This document shows, in pieces, positions 53,428-64,000 of a stretch of 64,000 nt of DNA (position 1 is its first letter; every line of letters starts with the position of its first letter). The stretch spans positions 13,516,001 through 13,580,000 of the forward strand of contig OX597822.1 in the NCBI GenBank assembly GCA_951406725.2, read 5' to 3'. A model generated the notes under the pieces. The model searched no databases. It saw nothing but the letters and a program-made list of their open reading frames with translations, and was not told the origin of the DNA. The position numbers were made by a program, and so were the translations under genes. Origin of the DNA: Octopus vulgaris (taxonomy: Eukaryota).

Positions 53428-55014
53428 GATATAGGTATAGATTCATATATAGATATATACACATACACACTCTCATATACATATGTATGTATATATAATG
53501 CATTATTTGATTTTATTAAAGTTGTGTTACATATTCATTGTATAAAATTATATACACAGCTAAGTGCTCGAAGTTTAGGAGCGTACACGTTGGGATATAC
53601 ACACAGACACACAGACACGACATGTAAAACAGATGTAACTGTACCTGTATATACATTCACATAAACTCATATATACACACATACACGTTTAGATATATTT
53701 ATATATCATATAAAAACTGCTACGCTGTTTTTAAAAAGTCGCAGGTACCCATACAAATACATGCACTTATATACACATATATATATACGTATATATCTAT
53801 ATCTCTATATATTCATACGCATACGCACACACATACAGACACACATATACACACACAAACGAATAAAGAAAAAGACTCGTTTATACTATCCATACAGCAC
53901 GTTCGTCTGTGAACTCGCAAACACGTCAATTTTCTATACCTGGTTTTATATAAACACACTGGAAAATATACAAATTAACTCATCATATATACAGGTAAGA
54001 ACCGCTTACTTACTTTGTAGATACACACACACAGACACACGTGTATATATTGACTCTAATATATAGTTATTAATATTACTGTTGCTGTTGTTGTTAGTGG
54101 GGGTGATGTTTAGCCCCAGGTAATTCTTACCAGGTATTCTAATCAGGACGACACAGCAATTATTTTTTTTTCGTGTTATGGAGTTGTCTTGTTATTTAAC
54201 CCTAGGCGAGATATGATCCACTTGGCTTTTAGCTCGAACTGCTTAAGCAGTGATCATTACGTCTATACTCCTTTCTTCTTTCTATTTTTTTTCTCCTACA
54301 AGCATTGTGTATTGGGGACCAAATTCTCGAATGTATCCACCGTAATAACAAAATTAGTTAATTGATAATAAACACAGGCAGTAAGCGATTTGAAAGAGAT
54401 TTAGCTGTTATTTCGAGCTGGTCTGAACCTTCGCGTAGAGGTTTATTACGTTAGAGAGCTGCATTATTATTATTATTATTATTATTATTTTCATATAAAG
54501 CATTGCGATGCCTTGTATTTGTTGATTTTGTTCTTCCTGATATTGTTGTTGATGATGATGGCGTGTTCATATCGTTTCTGTAGTGAGATGTTGTTGTTAC
54601 AGATATCCGATAACGTGTAGATCGAAGGAAACCTCACGCAGAGGCCAGGCAAAAGGAAGTAATACATTTTGCAGTAGATATTTGTCCCCAGAACTTTACG
54701 TTCTGAGTTCAAATCCGACCAAGGTCAATGATGAACTTAACACTTTTCGAAAAAGAACCATCCTAGACACATTTATATACTTATCTATATGCTTGTATAA
54801 ATTTGTATTTATATATACAGAGACATATGTGTATGAGTGTGTGTAATAGTGTGTGTAATAGTGTGTGCGCGTGTGTAATCGACTCGCGGAGAATATGCGC
54901 CAGCATATATATAACGAATGGGGCTGGCAGACAAGCGAAGGGTCCAAATCCACGCCCATCTGTAGGGGTTCAGAATGACAGGTGAAGTGACAAAACACCT
55001 GCCTGATATACATA

Positions 55015-55104
<90 letters not shown>

Positions 55105-55689
55105 AGTGGTGGGGCGCTGGTAGTAGAAAAGGGAATGCAGAAAAAGAACACAGTGTGAAAAGGAGACAATATGTGAAATTACGTGACTTGAGGGCCTTCA
55201 GTGTCGTGGTTAGCACTTAAACGGAATTTTGTATGTGTGCGCGTGCGTGTTTATATATATCTGTGTATGTATTTGTGTATATATGTATTTATGTATGTAT
55301 TAAGGTGTGTATGTGCGTATGTACATATGTATGTGTGTATATATGTGTGTACGTATGTGTGTATGTGTGTATGTATGTGTATTTATCTATATATGTGTGC
55401 GTGTATGTATGTGTGTATATATGAGTGTCTATGTATGTATGTATGTATGTGTGTATTTATGTATATGTGTGCGTGTATGTATATATATGTATGTATGTAT
55501 GTGTGTATGTGTGTGTGTATGTGTATTTGTGTATTTATGTAAATATGTGTGCGTGTATGTATATATATGTGTGTATGTCTGTATGTATGTTTGTGTATAT
55601 GTATGTGTGTGCGTGTATGTGTGTATGTATGTAGTTTATTGAAACCTGAAAGCGTTTCTTACGACTTGAGTTTCCTCATGAATCGAATC

Positions 55690-55720
<31 letters not shown>

Positions 55721-55936
55721 GCATGCACTCTCTACCCTCATCTCAACCTTTCCCTCCACTTTCTCTCTCACTCTATTGTGTTATTGCTGTTGTTGTTATT
55801 GATGATGATGATGACGATGATGATGATGATGATGTTAATACTGCGAATGATGTAACTTTAGTTTCTTTTTCCACTTTTTTCCTTCGTTGACGGATTTCTC
55901 TGTTTTTACCATGCTTTTACTCACACGTACACACGT

Positions 55937-56382
<446 letters not shown>

Positions 56383-56520
56383 TGAACATAAATATTGGAG
56401 CGTATATATATATGTATGTATATATGTAGTCATATTTGTGTGCGTATGTGTGTGTGCATGTATGCACATATATGAGTGTGTGTGTGTATGAACGTATGCA
56501 TATATATGAGTGTGTGTGTG

Positions 56521-56565
<45 letters not shown>

Positions 56566-56639
56566 TGAAAAGTAAATAAGCAAACGTTTGTTTACATTTG
56601 TCCGATGTGTTCATTATGCAAAATAATCTCACCAATACG

Positions 56640-56674
<35 letters not shown>

Positions 56675-57232
56675 CACATGGACATGTGTGCGTGTGCGTG
56701 TATGTGTGCGTGTGCGTGTGTGTATAGATATAGAGTGAGACACACAAAAGCATATACACATATATATATGTGCGTTTGAATCTACACACACACACACGTT
56801 ACTTACAACCATATGCACGCATTCGTCCATACATACATACGAATATACAACACACACACACACGCTGATATCCATATACACCGTAATATTGTTTATTTCT
56901 ACGACTTCCTCTCTCCTATGGCTTCTCTTTCAAGTTGCCTCCATTCAAGCTTTCCTCTTCTGTTTGCTCTTCCGTAATATCAGTTTAACTACCTATCTAT
57001 TCTTATATCCCTCCATCTACATAGATAAGTCTTTATCCGACTCTCTACCTGTCGCTCTATCCCTCTCTCTCTCTTTCTCTCTCCCTCTCTCACTCTCTCT
57101 CTCTCTTTCTCGCTCCCTCTCTCACTCTCTCTCTCTCTTTCTCTCTCCCTCTCTCACTCTCTCTCGCACACATGTACACAATATATGCTTACAAACCTTA
57201 ATCCAGTCAATGACGAATTTATCCATCAGTTT

Positions 57233-57233
57233 C

Positions 57234-57301
<68 letters not shown>

Positions 57302-57346
57302 CCTACCTACCTACCTATCTATCTATCTATCTACCTACCTACCTAC

Positions 57347-57417
<71 letters not shown>

Positions 57418-57454
57418 GTCCTATCTATCTATCTATCTATCTACACCTACCTAC

Positions 57455-57553
<99 letters not shown>

Positions 57554-57785
57554 CCTACCTACCTACCTATCTATCTATATATCTATCTATCTACCTACCT
57601 GTCTGCCTACCTACCTACCTATCTATCTATCTATCTCTCTACCTACCTGTCTGTCTGTCTACCTACCTGTCTGTCTGTCTATATATCTATCTACCTACCT
57701 ACCTGTCTGTCTGTCTATCTATCTAGCTAGCTAGCTATCTACCTACCTGTCTGTCTACCTACCTGTCTGCCTGTCTATCTATCAG
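57233..57785. repeat. (TATC)n/(TACC)n/(TGTC)n tract
   Basis: direct reading. Confidence 0.96.
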
Positions 57786-58056
57786 CTTGCCTGTTTATCT
57801 CTTCGTCGGTCTATCTAACTACCTGCAGCTCTTTCTCTTAATATTTCCGTTTGCACGTCTCTATAACCAGTGTCTCAATTCTGCTGTCACCATGCTCATA
57901 TTATACGCAGAAGCAACAAGTCGCTTTTATATATACATATACACATATATATGATGAATTCGGGCACACGTGCTTATGTGAGCGTGTGTCTGTGAGTGTG
58001 TCTGTGAGTGTGCCTGAGTTTGTGTGGGCCTCTGTGTGCGTATATATACATGTCAG

Positions 58057-58137
<81 letters not shown>

Positions 58138-59475
58138 GTGATATATATGTGTGTCGAGGTGCAAGCGTAGAGTAGTCTGACTGAAGCATTACGTTCTAGT
58201 ACCGTTAGCTTTTGTTCGACGGCCACCTGAAAGCGGATTTTGAGGTTAGAGAGGGATATTTTGAAGAAGATGACGAAACGGGATCTGACCTTCTTGGTCT
58301 TACGCTTCGATATTTTGGGGAGTAACACTCCTTTCTTAACATTCAAGCGTTTATGAATGTGTATGTATGTATGTATGTATGTATGTATTATCTATGTATG
58401 CATGTACGTATGTACGTATCTATGTATGTATACATGTCTACATGTATGTATGTCTATATATGTGTTTGTATATATACATACATGCATACATATATATATA
58501 TAAGATATATATATATGTATTTTAATTTTTTATTTTTTATTTATTTAATCTAGTTTCAGCTCACGAGCTGTACATATATACAGGCATATATACATACATA
58601 TATACACAGTACACTCACACACACACACACACACATGCACACACACACAAACACACGTGCCATAAGCTAATCATTGTTGTTGCTTTTCCTATTTATGTAA
58701 TTATTGTTACTTGTGCTGTTGTTGTTGTTATTGCTGCCGCTATCTTAGTTATTATTGTCGTCCTTTTGCTTTGATTGTGGTTGTTGTTGTTGTTGGCGGT
58801 GGTTTGTTTGTTTGGTTTTATTGTTGTTATTTAAACCTACACATTCATGTCAGCTGTAAGTGGGCATGTATTATCTAAGGTATTCCTGGTATGTATATAT
58901 ATGAATTTATTGTCATTCATATCTACAGCGTATGTGAGAAAAGAGTCCCAAGTTTGTGTGTGTATGTGTGAACATGTAACCGTGTATATGTCTTTGTGCG
59001 TGGCTCTCTGACTATGCTCATGTGTGTATACGGGCTTGTGTGTCTGTATGTGTATATTCGTGGCGATACTTTAATATACACGTATATCAACATACATACA
59101 CACGTGTACTTATGCACACATACACACACCCTCACACACAGTGGTTGTGCATTGTTATTAATATACGCTCCTACCGGCCTATATATATAGAGTGTATATT
59201 CACGCTTATTGACACACAGTTACACACACACCCACACTCATACCCACACATGCACACACACGTACATATCTGTCTGTCTGTCTAGGTCGGGTAAAATTCC
59301 CGAGATCCATGGACGAGTTCTCTTCAACGACCTTTATCCCTCATCAATACTGCCATGTCCTTTATATCCCAGAGACCAGTGTTTGTACTTAGGGCATCAA
59401 CATATGTCATCCACGGTCTCCCACTTCTAATCTACGTACATATGTATGTCTGTGTGATTTGTATGTGTGAATGAA

Positions 59476-59511
<36 letters not shown>

Positions 59512-59515
<4 letters not shown>

Positions 59516-59648
59516 CTGTTATTTAACCATCCTCTCACACCGTCTCCGATGAAGGGATATAATAGATATCCTGGAAACAGCTGTAAGACCTTCTATCTAT
59601 AAATGTTCTAAAATCTACATAACCTTGGTGTTTTTTATCTCATTACAA
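59512..59648 (+). mobile_element. (TA)n-embedded short element with minimal HHR at 59542..59589
   Basis: gtct CCGATGA a gggatat aatag atatcct g GAAA CAGCTG TA agac; shares taaccttggt with the 9547 family. Confidence 0.82.
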
Positions 59649-59662
59649 TATATATATATATA

Positions 59663-60720
59663 CTAGCTGGTGTACCCGAGGGTAAAGATGTTTATTTAAA
59701 CGCCTTATTACTCTGATATAAAAAGGAATTTCGTTATTTAACTGCCACAAAATGTGTATCTTCCGACGTGAAAACATACAAAAAACTGTCGTCTGGAGGA
59801 GGGAGAGATTGTTGGAGGCTGGAGAGATTGTTGGAGGAGGGAGAGACTGTTGGAGGCTGGAGATAGAGGTTTTCGGAGGTTGGCGAGAAAAGTTTTCGAA
59901 GTCTGTCGAGAGAGGCTGTCGGAGGGAGAGCCATCTTTGTTCCAGTCTTGCAGGGTTTTGCCGTTGAGTGCATAGATGAAGAAAGTTTCCGGATTTCGAA
60001 CGTTAGAGCATCTGCCATAGAGCTGTCCATGAGAAAAAGCCGGATTGGGACACACCTATTAAATACGATCTGGAATCAAAAATTTCTACTATCATCGAAA
60101 AGGTTTAACTGGAAAAATGCAGAATTATCGGAGTTATGAGCATTCAAAGTGTAATCAAATTTAATTGAAAACCCTGCATGCATTGCCAGCACTTAGTTAT
60201 TTGAAGATGTTGGAAAAATGTCTATTAATGCAATGTCTAAATTAATTACAGCAATATGCATATAACTGTTTAGATATTGAAATAGAATAGACGAAGAATA
60301 ATTGTATGTCAAATATAATGAATCGGAGACTAACTTGAGATCGCTGTTGTCGCATTAGAGCTGCTTGTGAAGTATAAGTACCCACTCGTACTCTTACACG
60401 TCGTGGCATTTTAAAGGTTAACTTTATCAAGGCTAATATATTGAATCTAATATATAAATGTATATGCGCAAAAAGTATGTAAGTATATAAATGTATGAAT
60501 GAAGTTTTTAAGGTTTAAGATTCAAATCATGAAACTGCAATAATAAGGTTTAGCAGTTAAAAACTGTGAGTAGTGAAATGCAGAATTAGGTCCGCTGATC
60601 GTGAGAATCAAATATTGATCGCTTCGCTAAAAACTGACAATTGTCACTGCAGGATCTATGAGTTATTTCCCTTGGGTGCTTAAATAATATATATTAATTA
60701 TATGTAGTAGATATAAGGAT
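59663..60720 (-). mobile_element. Helitron deletion derivative with Pif1-like helicase C-terminal remnant
   Basis: minus 3' end ...cgggtacaccagCTAG-t; ORF 59738..60055 contains FSHGQLY.RCS.V..P..F.IY..NGKT (RepHel motif VI region); 5' end a-TCCTTATAT at ~60720; internal ~20-bp minisatellite 59795..59860. Confidence 0.78.
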
Positions 60721-61285
60721 CCCAATTACTATCATCGAAAAGGTTTAACTGGAAAAATGCAGAATTATCGGAGTTATGAGCATTCAAAGTGTAATCAAAT
60801 TTAATTGAAAACCCTGCATGTATTGCCAGCATTTAGTTATTTGGAGATGTTGAAAAATTGTCTATTAATGCAATGTCTAAATTAATTACAGCAATATGCA
60901 TATAACTGTTTAGATATTGAAGTAGAATAGACGAAGAATAATTGTATGTCAAATATAATGAATCGGAGACTAACTTGAGATCGCTGTTGTCGCATTAGAG
61001 CTGCTTGTGAAGTATAAGTACCCACTCGTACTCTTACACGTCGTGGCATTTTAAAGGTTAACTTTATCAAGGCTAATATATTGAAGCTAATATATAAATG
61101 TATATGCGCAAAAAGTATGTAAGTATATAAATGTATGAATGAAGTTTTTAAGGTTTAAGATTCAAATCATGAAACTGCAATAATAAGGTTTAGCAGTTAA
61201 AAACTGTGAGTAGTGAAATGCAGAATTAGGTCCGCTGATCGTGAGAATCAAATATTGATCGCTTCGCTAAAAACTGACAATTGTA
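60087..61285. repeat. ~560-bp near-identical direct duplication (60087..60643 / 60727..61284)
   Basis: tactatcatcgaaaaggtttaactgg...aaaactgacaattgt repeated with only a handful of substitutions. Confidence 0.95.
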
Positions 61286-61352
61286 AACAGGAAGCGAAGC
61301 GAAAACTTAACAGTCGGGGAATGTAGACAAGGATATATATATATATATATAT

Positions 61353-61459
<107 letters not shown>

Positions 61460-61723
61460 TAAAAGCAGCAGAAATATAATAAAATATATATGTTTGTGTG
61501 TGTGTGTGTGTGTTTGTGTGTCTGGGATTCTCCCTCTCCCCACCATCACTTGACAATCGATATTAGCATGTTTACGTTCCCGTAACCTGGCGCTTAGGCA
61601 AATGAGACGGATAGAATAAGTACTAGGCTTACAAAGAATAAGTCCCGGGGTCGAATTCTTCGACTAAAGGCGGTGCTCCAGCATAGCCGCAGTCAAGTGA
61701 CTGAAACAAGTAAATGAAATAAA

Positions 61724-61797
<74 letters not shown>

Positions 61798-62564
61798 GTG
61801 AGTGTGTGTGTGTGTGTGTGTGATGAAGATATATGTATGTATATGTACGTGAGTTCGTGTGTATGCATAGGTTTGAGCGTGTGTTTGTACTGTATCTTGT
61901 AAAATTTTATATACACGTAAATATTTCTTGAAAATTTCATTTCACCATAAATTTATCAACTGTACCAAACAAGTCTCTTATTACAAATTGAGTTCTTTCT
62001 GTAGAAGACATTTGGAGTAAAAACTTCTATACCCATTGCAAATAGCATAAGAGGAACCTTTCGGGTCCTCCTAAATTCCGGTTCCTCCTCTGTGTGACAT
62101 ATATTAAACTGTATAAGGTGCTTCATTATCTGTTGGAGTCACTTGTTGAGAAAGACGGAAGTGTAGCAGGTTTAGCCAGTGTATGGCTGTTAGAAGCAAA
62201 CGTGCGTCGGGTCAGGATAACTTGATGCTTAGCTATAAGCATTTTCATTTGGTATAATACGAATCCTATTTTAACATGCTGAAGAGGTGAATGCATCGGG
62301 TATTTAATGTGTTAATGCTCTCTGTGTCATATTATGTTCGTTTGTTTTGTCTTCCGGTGTGTTTTCTTTAGAGATCTTCCATACGAATGGAATATTTTAC
62401 TTGGCCTATGGAATTTTTCCTCTTTCTGTATGTGGATGCTTGTGTACAACACATATATATATACATGTGCGTCCGTATACGCATGTATATGTATGTATAT
62501 AAATATATACATACATACACACACAGACACACACATGTATATACATACATACACACACACACAA

Positions 62565-62615
<51 letters not shown>

Positions 62616-62711
62616 CATACATACATATATATATATATGTACATACATACATGTCTTTCACACGTTCCAGTCATTTGCCTGCGGCCGTGCTGAAGCACCG
62701 CCTCACATGCG

Positions 62712-62778
<67 letters not shown>

Positions 62779-62837
62779 GGTCCTTTTACATACTGAACAC
62801 TTGGTGAAATTGATTAATTGATTTTACCCTCAATTGT

Positions 62838-63018
<181 letters not shown>

Positions 63019-63045
63019 TTGATATATACACACATATACATATTT

Positions 63046-63212
63046 ATTTCTTTATTGGCCACAAGGGGCTAAACATAGAGGGGACAAACAAGGACAGACA
63101 AAGGGATTAAGTCGATTACATCAACCCCAGTACGCAACTGGTACTTATTTAATCGACCCCGAAAAGATGAATGGCAAAGTCGACCTCGGTGGAATTTGAA
63201 CTCAGAACGTAA
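63046..63212 (-). mobile_element. 5'-truncated monomeric SINE with Tx1-like tail
   Basis: Meta-like core followed by tttgtcccctctatgtttagccccttgtggccaataaagaaat. Confidence 0.85.
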
Positions 63213-63247
63213 TAACGCTTATATATATGTATGTATTTGTGTATGTT

Positions 63248-63289
<42 letters not shown>

Positions 63290-63308
63290 GAGAGAGAGAG
63301 AAAGAGGG

Positions 63309-63363
<55 letters not shown>

Positions 63364-63456
63364 CAGACAGAATTATACATAGTGTTTGAACCAGTGTGTA
63401 AATAACTGCGTGTCTGTGTTCCATTATTTGGATATCAGCGAAGGAATTGTCTCGTT

Positions 63457-63514
<58 letters not shown>

Positions 63515-64000
63515 TGTGTGTATGTGTGTGTGTGTGTGTGACAGTTATTTATAAGTCAAAGTTACTTTCATTTGTTATAAGTTTGCCTTTGTTACGTGTG
63601 GAATATAATTATGTAATTACATGTTTATACATCAGCGGACCTCTTTGTGTGTGTGTGGGGGGGGAATGTGGGTGTATGTTTGTGTGGACATGTGTGAGTG
63701 TATCCGAGTGTCCGAGTGTATGCATGTGTGTGTGAGTGCATGCCTGTGCGCGTGGTGTGTAAATGTTTGTGCACGGTGTGTGTGCGCATTCAAGTAAGTG
63801 GATGTGTTTTGTATAAGAGTACCAGTACGTACCCTTACATGTTATTTCTTTCTTCCTTTTTTTCTTTCTTTATCACCCTTTGTCTGTCTCTCTCTCTCTC
63901 TCTCTCTCTCACCGACCACACACACATACACACACACACAAACGCACACACAAAACAGCTCCTCTTCATTGGCTCTTACGTCTCCATGCCGGGTTTTAAT

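Overview
AT-rich, microsatellite-saturated animal genomic DNA with no recognisable host protein-coding exon. The repeat content (tRNA-derived SINEs with internal microsatellites, long (TA)n/(CA)n/(GATA)n/(TAA)n tracts) suggests an octopod cephalopod intron or intergenic region; this is inferred, not proven. Almost all listed ORFs are microsatellite artefacts. The real coding remnants are transposon-derived: Tx1/L1, CR1-group, RTE and R4/Dong LINE fragments, two Penelope-like (PLE) RT remnants, two Helitron derivatives, Merlin and mariner fragments. There are also hAT-type MITEs. The most striking hidden layer is about 15 minimal type-I hammerhead ribozyme (HHR) motifs from roughly eight unrelated short element families. 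Nearly all lie beside (TA)n tracts and many sit in fold-back (inverted) structures. They show seven different palindromic helix-III sequences and compensatory swaps of the core 3-8 pair (C-G, G-C, U-A). One element couples a tRNA-type Pol III head to an HHR inside a 12-bp target-site duplication (TSD). Two SINE/LINE shared 3' tails and a dimeric two-tailed SINE are also visible. Coordinates were read by eye and may be off by a few bases.
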